Below, one piece after another: positions 21,990-30,433 of a stretch of DNA of 64,000 bases. The notes under the pieces were generated by a model. It was not told where the DNA came from. It searched no databases and saw only the letters and a program-made list of their open reading frames with translations. Within the stretch, counting starts at the first letter, position 1. Each line of letters starts with the position of its first letter. The DNA comes from an uncultured delta proteobacterium. GTDB lineage: Bacteria; Desulfobacterota; Binatia; DP-6. The position numbers and the translations under genes were made by a program. Where the stretch lies: positions 1,142,846 to 1,206,845 of the forward strand of contig CAVVBN010000010.1 in assembly GCA_963746505.1 (NCBI GenBank). Reading direction: 5' to 3'.

Positions 21990-23834
21990 ATGTCGTTCCG
22001 CGCCACCCACCTCCGCCGCCCGACGGCCATCGAGACGCCCGTGGATTCGTACGTCGCCGACCGCCGTCGCATGGTCACGGAGCGGCTCCGTCTGGCCGCC
22101 ACGCTCGGCGTCGTCCCGTTCACCCTCTCGGCCCTGATGGACGGGGTGATCTTCCCCGACCGCCACCCGCACGGCTTCACGGCGAGCGTGATCCAAGCGG
22201 CCCTGTGCGTCGTCGTGGCCCTGCTCACCCTGCGCAAGCGGTCGGAGCGCGGCGCGATCGTCCTCGCCGCCTCGTCGGTCGTCGGCCTGGTCGCCATCCA
22301 GCTGATCGCGACCTTCGAGCACGCGGCCGATATCGCCGGCGTCCTCTACCCGATGGTCGCGACGCTTCTCGGTTCGGCCCTGCTCTTCCCCTGGGGCATC
22401 GGGCCGCAGCTCGTCGTGTCGGTCGCGGTCGCCCTGCTCTACCTCGTCATCCTCCCCGAGTGGATCACCCTCGACTTCATGTCGATCTGCACGCTGCTGA
22501 TGGGCACGGGCATCGGCGTCGCCATCGCCGTCACGGGCGCGTACCTGCTGGACCGCCAGCACCGCACGACCGACGAGCAGCAGCGCGCGACCACCCTCGC
22601 CCGCGAGCGCGTCCAGGCGGCGGCCCGCCAGACGCAGATCCTCCTCGAAGTCGGCCGCGAGCTGAACGCGACCATCGACCTGAGCCAGCTCGTCCGGCTC
22701 GTCACGCGCCTCGGCCAGCGCATCGTCGTCTGCGACGTCGCCATGCTGTCGGTGCTCGACACGCGGCGCGGCGTGTTCCGCACGATCGCCATTTCCGGCG
22801 ACGATCCCGCCATGGCGGAGGCGCTGCGCGGCGTCGAGATGCCGGCCGACCCGCTCGTCGTCGAGGAGCTGATGCACCATCGGGTCGTGGCCGTGCCGGG
22901 CGGCACGCCATTCGATCGCCTGCTGAACGTCGGCGCCCGCTACGGCGTGCAGCAGATGCTGCTGGCAGCGGTGCGCCGCGACGGTGATCTGCTCGGCGTC
23001 CTCACCTTCATGCAGCGCGCCGGCGTCCCGCGCTTCGGCGAGCACTGCACGCGCCTCGCCGAGGGCATCGCCCACCAGGCGGCGATCGCGCTCGCCAACG
23101 CCCGCCTGTTCGAGCAGCTCCGCAGCGCCAGCCAGGTCAAGTCGACGTTCGTCTCGACGATGTCCCACGAGCTGCGCACGCCGATCAACATCATCCTCGG
23201 CTTCGCCGAGATCGCCCGCGACCACGGCGTCGCCGAGGGCGAGCGCACCGAGTGTCTGACGAAGATCGACACCGCTGCCCGCGACCTGCTCGAGCTGGTC
23301 GAGAGCACGCTGGCCATCGGCAAGATGGACGCGGGACGCGACGACGTGCACCTCGAACCGGTGGGCCTGCAGGAGTTCTGGGACGCCCTCGGGTCCTTCT
23401 GCGGCCGCCTGCCGCGCAAGCCCGGGGTCAGCCTCGACTGGAGTCGCGACGTCGCGGCCGAGACCCTGGTCACGGACCCGCGCAAGCTCACCGTCGTCCT
23501 GCGCAACCTCGTCGGCAACGCGCTCAAGTTCACCGAGCGCGGCAGGGTGCGCGCGTGGACGCACGTCGTCGGCAACCGCCTCGTCATCGCCGTCGCCGAC
23601 ACCGGCATCGGCATCCGCCCCGAGGACCAGAAGAAGGTCTTCGAGATGTTCCGCCAGGCCGACGGCTCCGATTCGCGGCGCTTCGGCGGAACCGGCCTCG
23701 GCCTCTTCATCTGCCGGCAGTACATCGAGCAGCTCGGCGGCACGATCGAGGTCGAGAGCGTCCCGCAGCGCGGGTCGACGTTCCGCGTCTCGCTGCCGCT
23801 CCGGTCCGTCGTCGCCGCCCGCAACGCGGCGTAG
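21990..23834 (+). CDS. membrane-bound GAF sensor histidine kinase (no cognate response regulator in the window)
   Basis: Intact ORF; I prefer ATG 21990 (MSFRATH) to the table start 21786. TM segments are followed by a GAF-like region, the H-box STMSHELRTPIN, and HATPase boxes NLVGNALKFT, DTGIGI and GGTGLGL. Confidence 0.85.
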   Translation: MSFRATHLRRPTAIETPVDSYVADRRRMVTERLRLAATLGVVPFTLSALMDGVIFPDRHPHGFTASVIQAALCVVVALLTLRKRSERGAIVLAASSVVGLVAIQLIATFEHAADIAGVLYPMVATLLGSALLFPWGIGPQLVVSVAVALLYLVILPEWITLDFMSICTLLMGTGIGVAIAVTGAYLLDRQHRTTDEQQRATTLARERVQAAARQTQILLEVGRELNATIDLSQLVRLVTRLGQRIVVCDVAMLSVLDTRRGVFRTIAISGDDPAMAEALRGVEMPADPLVVEELMHHRVVAVPGGTPFDRLLNVGARYGVQQMLLAAVRRDGDLLGVLTFMQRAGVPRFGEHCTRLAEGIAHQAAIALANARLFEQLRSASQVKSTFVSTMSHELRTPINIILGFAEIARDHGVAEGERTECLTKIDTAARDLLELVESTLAIGKMDAGRDDVHLEPVGLQEFWDALGSFCGRLPRKPGVSLDWSRDVAAETLVTDPRKLTVVLRNLVGNALKFTERGRVRAWTHVVGNRLVIAVADTGIGIRPEDQKKVFEMFRQADGSDSRRFGGTGLGLFICRQYIEQLGGTIEVESVPQRGSTFRVSLPLRSVVAARNAA

Positions 23835-23882
23835 TCGGAGCGGCTTCTTGACGCTCTCGGCCGGATCGGCGACAAGTGCGCC

Positions 23883-24434
23883 GTGATCCGCGAGGACTGC
23901 ATCCTGTTCAGCGGCGCCGCGGCCGGCGCCGAGGCGGCGTTTGGCGCCACCGCCGAGCGCCACGGCATCGACGAGGTGAACTTCACCTTCGCCGGCCACA
24001 ACGACGCGCGCCAGCGGGGGCTGCGCGTCCTGACCCGCGCCGAGCTGAAGCAGGGCGACGTCAACCTCGCCACGATCGGCCGGCTGATGAACCGCCGCTA
24101 CCCCGAGACCCCGCTCTTCCGCAAGGTCCTGCAGACGATCTGGCATCAGGTGCATCACGGCGAGGAGCTGTTCGTCGTCGGGCGGATCCAACCGGACGAT
24201 ACGGTCGTCGGCGGCACCGGGATCGCCGCCGAGTACGCCAAGCTCTTCATGAAGCCCGTGCACGTCTTCGATCAGACGCGCGCCGCGTGGTTCCACTGGG
24301 GAGGCGAGCGCTGGGAGCCCGCACCCGATCCGGTCATCACCCGCGAGCGCTTCACCGGGACGGGAACACGCTTCCTCGAGCCGAGCGGCCAGCAGGCGAT
24401 CGCCGACCTCTTCGCGCGCAGCTTCAGAGCTTGA
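23883..24434 (+). CDS. hypothetical Rossmann-like protein with SLOG/LOG-like glycine motifs
   Basis: Intact 183 codons. Motifs ILFSGAAAGAEAAFG and VVGGTGIAAEYAK resemble the two Gly-rich motifs of SLOG-superfamily proteins (LOG, DprA, YpsA). The assignment is from memory only. Confidence 0.4.
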   Translation: MIREDCILFSGAAAGAEAAFGATAERHGIDEVNFTFAGHNDARQRGLRVLTRAELKQGDVNLATIGRLMNRRYPETPLFRKVLQTIWHQVHHGEELFVVGRIQPDDTVVGGTGIAAEYAKLFMKPVHVFDQTRAAWFHWGGERWEPAPDPVITRERFTGTGTRFLEPSGQQAIADLFARSFRA

Positions 24435-25902
24435 AGAAGGTGCGGATGCGCTCGCCGAGCGAGCCGGCGCGCTCCGCTGCGGCGCGTGCCCGCGCACGGG
24501 CCTCGCTCGACAGGCCCTCCCGCTCGCCCGCCAGCTCCATCTGGCGCCGGGCGAGGATCAGCGAGATCTCCTCCACCAGCTTCGGGCGGGCGGCGAGCAA
24601 GGGGCGGAGCACGCGGTTGTCGATCACCCAGCAGACGACGTCCGTGTGCGCGAGGCACGTCGCCGTCCGCGGCTCGCCCGTCATGAGCGACATCTCGCCG
24701 ACCACCTGCCCCGGGCCGAGGTGCGCGATCTCCCGCTCCACGCCGTCCACCGAGAGCCGCACGGCGACCTCGCCTTCGTGGACGAGGTAGAGCGAGCCCC
24801 CCGCCTCCCCCTGGCGGATCATCTCCTCCCCCGCCGCGAAGCGGACGCGCCGCATGGCATCGGCCACGAGTTCGCGGTCGTCGTCCTCGAGCGGCGCGAA
24901 GAGCTCCACCCGGGCCAGCGCACTCCGCCGCTCCGTACGCTGCGTGTCGGCCACATCGTGCGGCATGACGAGCGTCCGGATCGGGAAGGGAATCTCCAGG
25001 CCGAGTCGGGCGGCCCCGTACCACACGCGGGTGCGCGCCGCGTCCAGGATGGGTTCCTCGCGGAACATGTCGTCGATCCAGATGCGGCAGAGATAGGTGA
25101 CCGCGCTGTCGCCGAACTCGTCGAGGAGGCAGTCGGGCTCGGGCACGGCGAGCACGCCCGGCACGCCATGGACGGCCTCGACCACCATCCGCTTCACCTC
25201 GTTCGGCGGGTGGCGATAGTGGAAGCCCACGCGGAAGGTCGTGCGATGGGTGCGCTGCGGCCGGGAGTAGTTGAGCACCTCGCCCGTCACGAGCGCACTG
25301 TTCGGCACCACCAGCAGATCGCCGTCGCGCGTCAGCAGGGATGTGGCGCGCCAGCCGATCTCGGCGATCCGGCCCAGACGGTTCCCGACCTGCAGCCAGT
25401 CACCGATGCGAAGCGTCCCCTCCATGTGCAGGCCGAGACCGGAGAAGAGGTTCGCCAGCATGTTCTGCAGCGCGAACCCGATGACGGCCGTCACCACCGC
25501 CGACGTGGTGACCAGGGAGACCAGGTCGACCCCGGCGCGCCGGAGCAGTGCCAGCCCGGCGAGGAACGCCAGAGCCCACTGCGCGAGCCCACGGAGCACC
25601 GAGGGAACCCGGACGCCGGCGCGCGCGAGCCCCAGGTCGAACACCGCCATGAGCAGGAGCGCGATCGCGCCCATGGCGAAGACGAACGACGCCGCGAGGC
25701 CGAGCATGCGCGCGGCGCCGGTCCCCTCGGCAGCGACCGCGGCAGCGCGGAGCGCCAGCGCGAGCAGGAGCCAGCGCAGGACCGTGGGGCCGCGCCACTG
25801 CTCGCCCGCGGGCACGATCCGCCGCGAGAGCAACGCGATCAGCGCCAACACGACCAGCGCGATCACGTCGTGCTGCGCGAGCACCGCGGCGATGTCCGGC
25901 AT
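24424..25902 (-). CDS. MscS-family mechanosensitive channel with C-terminal cyclic-nucleotide-binding domain
   Basis: Intact 492 codons. The MscS core is LANLFSGLGLHMEGTLRIGDWLQV..LLVVPNS. The cNMP domain is FAAGEEMIRQGEAGGSLYLV and GEMSLMTGEPRTATC. Confidence 0.85.
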   Translation of the reverse strand: MPDIAAVLAQHDVIALVVLALIALLSRRIVPAGEQWRGPTVLRWLLLALALRAAAVAAEGTGAARMLGLAASFVFAMGAIALLLMAVFDLGLARAGVRVPSVLRGLAQWALAFLAGLALLRRAGVDLVSLVTTSAVVTAVIGFALQNMLANLFSGLGLHMEGTLRIGDWLQVGNRLGRIAEIGWRATSLLTRDGDLLVVPNSALVTGEVLNYSRPQRTHRTTFRVGFHYRHPPNEVKRMVVEAVHGVPGVLAVPEPDCLLDEFGDSAVTYLCRIWIDDMFREEPILDAARTRVWYGAARLGLEIPFPIRTLVMPHDVADTQRTERRSALARVELFAPLEDDDRELVADAMRRVRFAAGEEMIRQGEAGGSLYLVHEGEVAVRLSVDGVEREIAHLGPGQVVGEMSLMTGEPRTATCLAHTDVVCWVIDNRVLRPLLAARPKLVEEISLILARRQMELAGEREGLSSEARARARAAAERAGSLGERIRTFFKL

Positions 25903-25904
25903 CG

Positions 25905-27116
25905 TCAGAACGTGTACTCGATGACGCCTGCGGGAATCACCGACGCCCGCAGGCCGTCGTTGGTGAGCGGCACGATGGCGTTGAGCGACACGACGAGGTT
26001 CTGCCAGGGGTTGGCCTTCACCCCGACGGCGATGTTGATGACGTTGCTCTGCGGCACGACCGCCAGGATGTGGTCCGGCTGCACGGCCTTGACGAACTCA
26101 GTCGGCAGGACGGTCGGCACGATCTGTCCCGTGGTCGGGATGATGAAGTCGTCGTCGCGGAAGGACGAGCTGCCGATCAGGTCGATCGGGAACGCGACGC
26201 GGTCCCACGGCTGGACGGTGACGCCCAACGCGTAGCGCGCACGGCAGCGCTGGAGGTCGTCGGCGTTGATGTCGAGCCCCAGATTCACATGCACGTCGTT
26301 GCGGCCGAACGCCCGCGACGCGACCACGCCTGGCGTCAGGACGTAGTCGCCGAGGCCGCGGAAGTCGAGCGTGTTGCCGGTCGGGAAGCGCAGCGCGAAG
26401 GTGCCGGCGACCTGGATGCCCTTGGGCGCTGCGAAGCGGTACTTCGTGCGCACGAGCAGATCGCCCGGGCCGAAGGCATTGGCACTCGTCTGGACCGGCT
26501 GCTCGATTCCGGCGTTGCCGACCAGCGCGATGGCCGTCCCGCTGACGAACAGCTGGCTCGAGTAGAGCGGGAGCAGCAGGTTGACGTCCCACCGATCCGT
26601 GAGACCGTAGGTCGCCGAGAACGAGTAGACGCTGTTCTTGAGCGAGAAGTCGTTGCCGAAGAGCCCCGTGAGCGTGGGGACGCCGTCGACCTGCGACTGG
26701 AACCCCTGCGTTATGAGCTTCCCGAAGGGCTCGCCGTCGAAGTCGGTCAGATTGGCGTAGAGGTACGCGAAGCCGAGGCCGAGCTGCTTCGCGCCGATCG
26801 TCTCGGCCCGCTCCGCGAACACCGGCCCGAGCGAACCCTGGGTGCGCTCGAAGGTGCCGAACTCGGGATTGAAGGTGTAGGTCACCCCCGGCGTGGTCCC
26901 GGTCACGGGGAAGTCGATGCCCTGCAGGGCCTCGCGCTCGACGATCGGCGTGATGACGTCGGCGACCTGTGGCGCGTTGGCGAAGATCAGGGTCAGGCTG
27001 CGGTAGAGGTAGCTGTTGAGCGCCCCGGCCAGCGTGCCCGCGCCCACAGGCGCCGGGCGCCCCAGCGCCATCACCCCGAGGAGCGCGCCCGCCGTCGCTG
27101 CTCGCCACCGCCGCAC
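25905..27116 (-). CDS. outer-membrane beta-barrel protein (MetA/phenol-degradation-like transporter family look)
   Basis: Intact 403 codons with a signal peptide, an alternating beta-strand pattern and a C-terminal aromatic residue (IEYTF). Its stop lies 2 nt before the MscS start. It is a paralog of 38735-39880. Confidence 0.75.
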   Translation of the reverse strand: MRRWRAATAGALLGVMALGRPAPVGAGTLAGALNSYLYRSLTLIFANAPQVADVITPIVEREALQGIDFPVTGTTPGVTYTFNPEFGTFERTQGSLGPVFAERAETIGAKQLGLGFAYLYANLTDFDGEPFGKLITQGFQSQVDGVPTLTGLFGNDFSLKNSVYSFSATYGLTDRWDVNLLLPLYSSQLFVSGTAIALVGNAGIEQPVQTSANAFGPGDLLVRTKYRFAAPKGIQVAGTFALRFPTGNTLDFRGLGDYVLTPGVVASRAFGRNDVHVNLGLDINADDLQRCRARYALGVTVQPWDRVAFPIDLIGSSSFRDDDFIIPTTGQIVPTVLPTEFVKAVQPDHILAVVPQSNVINIAVGVKANPWQNLVVSLNAIVPLTNDGLRASVIPAGVIEYTF

Positions 27117-27160
27117 GGCTGCCTCGTGGCACCTCTCACGGCGGATCGCAAGCCCGCGTC

Positions 27161-28861
27161 ATGCTTGCCGATTCGGAATCGATGTGCGATCTACCCTCCG
27201 GGAAAGGTGCCGTGGTCCCGCCCGAGGACGAGAGCCTCACTCGCCGACTGAGCGCCGTACTCCACGCTGACGTCGTCGACTTCAGCGCGTTGATGGCCCG
27301 GAACGAGCGGGATGCCATGGCGGCGGTGCGCGCCGTCCGGGAGTTGTTCGAGCGCGTCGTGCCCCAGCGCGGCGGCATGTTCAAGGGCAAGGACGGCGAC
27401 GCCTTCGTCGCCCTCTTCGACTCCGCCGTCGAGGGCGTCCAGGCGGCCGTCGACATCCAGACCGAGCTGGCGGAAGCGGCCGACGGTCAGCCCGGCCACC
27501 CCCAGATCCGGATCGGCATCCACCTGGGCGAGGTCGTGCACACCCCCTCGGGTCTGCTCGGTGATGCCATCAACGTCGCCGCCCGCATCCAGGCCGACAC
27601 CCATCCGGGATGCGTCGGTGTGTCGGAGGACGTCTTCCGTGCCGTCCGCAACCGGCTCTCCCTGGCGTTTCGCGATCTCGGGCTGCGCCGCTTCAAGAAC
27701 ATCGACGCGCTCCGCATCTACGAGCTCGACCCCGCGAACCTGCGTGTCACGCAGGAAGCGCAGGCCGCGCACGTCGAACCACCTCCCACCCCGGGACGGG
27801 TCGGCCGGGGCCCACTGTCCGTCGGCATCGGCGTCGGGGCCATCGCCCTGGTGATGCTCACCGTCGGCTACTACTGGCTGCACACACCCGTCGAACCCGG
27901 ACGCACCCCCGCGGCGGCCAAGGGCGGCATTCCCGCGACGGGAGGGCCGGTGGTGCTCGGGGTGATGCAGATCCAGACCCGGGGCAATGCCCCGGCCTGG
28001 ATGTCCGATACCACGCGTGACGGACTCAACACCGTGCTCAGCAAGCTCGCCGAGGTCGGCAAGTTCGAGCAGCTCCGCGTGTTCTCGAAGGAGAAGATCG
28101 ACTTCCTGCGCGAGAAGCGCGGCCTGAAGGAGATCGAGGCGGCCGAGGAGCTGGGCATCCAGAAGATGATCTCGGGGACGATCGTCGAGAACGATTCCAA
28201 GGTCCTGCTCGAGGTCCGGATCGTCGACATCGCCACCGGGTTCCTCGAGTCGTCGGACGAGGTGTCGGGGAACGAGTCGCAGCTGATCGAGATGCAGAAC
28301 CAGGCGGCGATGCACGTCGCCAAGTCGCTCCGGGTCACGGTCAAGCCCGAGGAGGCCACCAAGATCCTCGCGGCGCGCACCAACGATCAGCTCGACGACT
28401 ACAAGCTCCTCGCGGAGACGATGGGCGGCTTCGACGAAGGATCGCCCGACCCGCCCAAGCCCAGCGGAACGCCGCCGGGCGCGTGGAACCTGCTCGGGCC
28501 GCGGGCCGCGTACGCGGAGGGCACGGCCGCGGATGGAGCGGTGCGCGCCCTGCTCGAGCGGTATCGCCAGGCGCTCGAATCGAAGGACCTCGAGGCCCTC
28601 GCCGGCATCTACGTCGCCATGCCCGATGCGATGAAGGATGCGCTCGGCCGCTACTTCCAGAATGCCGACAGCCTGAAGGTCCAGTTCTCCAACGTCGACA
28701 TCCTCGTCGAGGGCGACGAGGCCCTCGCGACGTTCACCCGCACCGACGACTTCAAGGACGCCCGCAGCGGACGCGACCAGCACCTCGAGGTGCGGGTGAG
28801 CAGCGTCGTCGCCAAGCAGGGCACCGACTGGAAGATCAAGGGGCTCAAGAAGCCGTCCTGA
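27161..28861 (+). CDS. class III adenylate/guanylate cyclase, membrane-anchored, with periplasmic domain and C-terminal NTF2/SnoaL-like domain
   Basis: Intact 566 codons. Cyclase motifs are RRLSAVLHADVVDFSALM, GDAFVALF, RIGIHLGEV and GDAINVAARIQ. There is one TM helix (VGIGVGAIALVMLTVGYYWL). The C-terminus is NTF2-like (LLERYRQALESKDLEAL). The exact start is uncertain. Confidence 0.8.
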   Translation: MLADSESMCDLPSGKGAVVPPEDESLTRRLSAVLHADVVDFSALMARNERDAMAAVRAVRELFERVVPQRGGMFKGKDGDAFVALFDSAVEGVQAAVDIQTELAEAADGQPGHPQIRIGIHLGEVVHTPSGLLGDAINVAARIQADTHPGCVGVSEDVFRAVRNRLSLAFRDLGLRRFKNIDALRIYELDPANLRVTQEAQAAHVEPPPTPGRVGRGPLSVGIGVGAIALVMLTVGYYWLHTPVEPGRTPAAAKGGIPATGGPVVLGVMQIQTRGNAPAWMSDTTRDGLNTVLSKLAEVGKFEQLRVFSKEKIDFLREKRGLKEIEAAEELGIQKMISGTIVENDSKVLLEVRIVDIATGFLESSDEVSGNESQLIEMQNQAAMHVAKSLRVTVKPEEATKILAARTNDQLDDYKLLAETMGGFDEGSPDPPKPSGTPPGAWNLLGPRAAYAEGTAADGAVRALLERYRQALESKDLEALAGIYVAMPDAMKDALGRYFQNADSLKVQFSNVDILVEGDEALATFTRTDDFKDARSGRDQHLEVRVSSVVAKQGTDWKIKGLKKPS

Positions 28862-30321
28862 TGGCGCCCGAGAGCGAGCTCGACCGGCGCCTCTCCGAGC
28901 TGAGCGCCATCCACGAATCGCTCCGTGCGCTCACCGCGACCCTCGACCTGCCAGAGGTCCTGCGCACCGTCCTCGCCCGCATCAAGACGGTGACGCGCGC
29001 GGAGGCCCTGTCGCTCATGCTGTACGACGCCGAGCGCGACGAGCTCGTCTTCGTTGCCGCGGAGACGCTGCGCGAGCGCGGACTCGTCGGCCTCACCGTG
29101 CCGCCCGCGTCCGGGATCGCCACCTGGGCGGCCCATCACGCCAGCAGCGTCGTCGTCCCCGACGTCACCCGGGACGCGCGCTTCAACGCGGAGTTCGACC
29201 GTATCTCGGGCTTCACGACGCGGTCGGTGGTCGCCTCGCCGTTGCGGCACGACGGCCGCGTCGTCGGCGTGATCGAGCTGGCCAACCCCTACGGCGGCGG
29301 GGTCTTCCACGAGGCCGACCGCCTGCGCCTGGACGCCGTCACGGCGGCGCTCGGGCCGCGCGTGGTGTGCGACGCGATCGCGCACAACCCGTCTGCGCTG
29401 CAAGCCATGTTCGCCGAGATCGCCACCGCGGTCCCGAGCGAGGCGGCGTCGCTCCTCGTCCACGACGCCGCCGGACACGCGCTCGTCTTCACCGCGTCGC
29501 GCACGCTCCTGCCGGGCGGGATCGACGGGGTGCGGCTCCGGCTCGATCAGGGGATCGCCGGCTGGGTGGCCCGCCATCGGGTCGCGCTCCGGCTCGACGA
29601 CGCCAGCACCGACCCCCGGCACTTCAGCGGCATCGCCCAGGAGACGGGCTTCGTCCCGCACGGGATGCTGTGCGTCCCGGTCGTCTGCCACGATCGCCTG
29701 CTCGGCGTCGTCGAGGTGATGAACAAGCTCGACGGATCGCCGTTCACCGACCAGGAGCTGGGGCTCGTGCAGACCCTGGCGGACCACGCCGGGATCGCGA
29801 TCGAGCACGCGCGCCTGTACCGCGAGGCCGAGGTCGCGTCGATCACCGATGATCTCACAGGCCTCGGCAACACCCGGCGCTTCAACCGGCTGCTGCCCGA
29901 GCTGCTGGCGACCGGCGCGCCGCTCTCGCTGATCGTCCTCGACCTCGACAACTTCAAGGCGGTGGTCGACACCCATGGCCACCTCGTGGGCAGCCGAACG
30001 CTCGCCTACGTCGGCCACCTGATCGCCGGTGCGATCCGCCCCGGTGACCATGCCGCCCGGTTCGGCGGTGACGAATTCGTCGTCATCCTGCCGCACACAG
30101 ACCCCGCCGACGGGGTCGTCGTCGCAGAGCGGATCCGCGCGGCCATCGCCGACGCTCGCATCCTCCCGAGCGACGGCGTCGACATCTCGGCGGTGACCGC
30201 CAGCGTCGGCGTCGCCAGCTATCCCGAGGACGCCATGACGTCGGAGGCGCTCTTCAAGCGGGCGGACGCTGCGATGTATGCCGCAAAGCGCCACGGCAAG
30301 AACGCCGTCGCTGGGGCGTAG
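28861..30321 (+). CDS. GAF-GAF-GGDEF diguanylate cyclase
   Basis: ATG 28861 overlaps the cyclase stop (TGATG). There are two GAF-like regions. The active site RFGGDEFVVIL is intact, and an RxxD I-site (RPGD) lies 5 residues upstream. Confidence 0.85.
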   Translation: MAPESELDRRLSELSAIHESLRALTATLDLPEVLRTVLARIKTVTRAEALSLMLYDAERDELVFVAAETLRERGLVGLTVPPASGIATWAAHHASSVVVPDVTRDARFNAEFDRISGFTTRSVVASPLRHDGRVVGVIELANPYGGGVFHEADRLRLDAVTAALGPRVVCDAIAHNPSALQAMFAEIATAVPSEAASLLVHDAAGHALVFTASRTLLPGGIDGVRLRLDQGIAGWVARHRVALRLDDASTDPRHFSGIAQETGFVPHGMLCVPVVCHDRLLGVVEVMNKLDGSPFTDQELGLVQTLADHAGIAIEHARLYREAEVASITDDLTGLGNTRRFNRLLPELLATGAPLSLIVLDLDNFKAVVDTHGHLVGSRTLAYVGHLIAGAIRPGDHAARFGGDEFVVILPHTDPADGVVVAERIRAAIADARILPSDGVDISAVTASVGVASYPEDAMTSEALFKRADAAMYAAKRHGKNAVAGA

Positions 30322-30433
30322 CGCGCATGGATCCTTCCCCTTCCTGGGAAGACGGGACGCCCCATTCCCAGCGCTGGGAGACGAGCACGGTGCGAACCGA
30401 CACGCCGGACGGCATCGGCCCTGCTACGCTGGT

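Noticed and set aside
21780-24497. A 905-codon minus-strand ORF. The same pattern applies to 30254-32536 (760 codons), 10228-11928 and 47178-49454.
   Set aside because: All are antisense to genes with clear family motifs (histidine kinase, PFOR, AraC/OMT, Lon). All have low-complexity translations. They are shadow ORFs.
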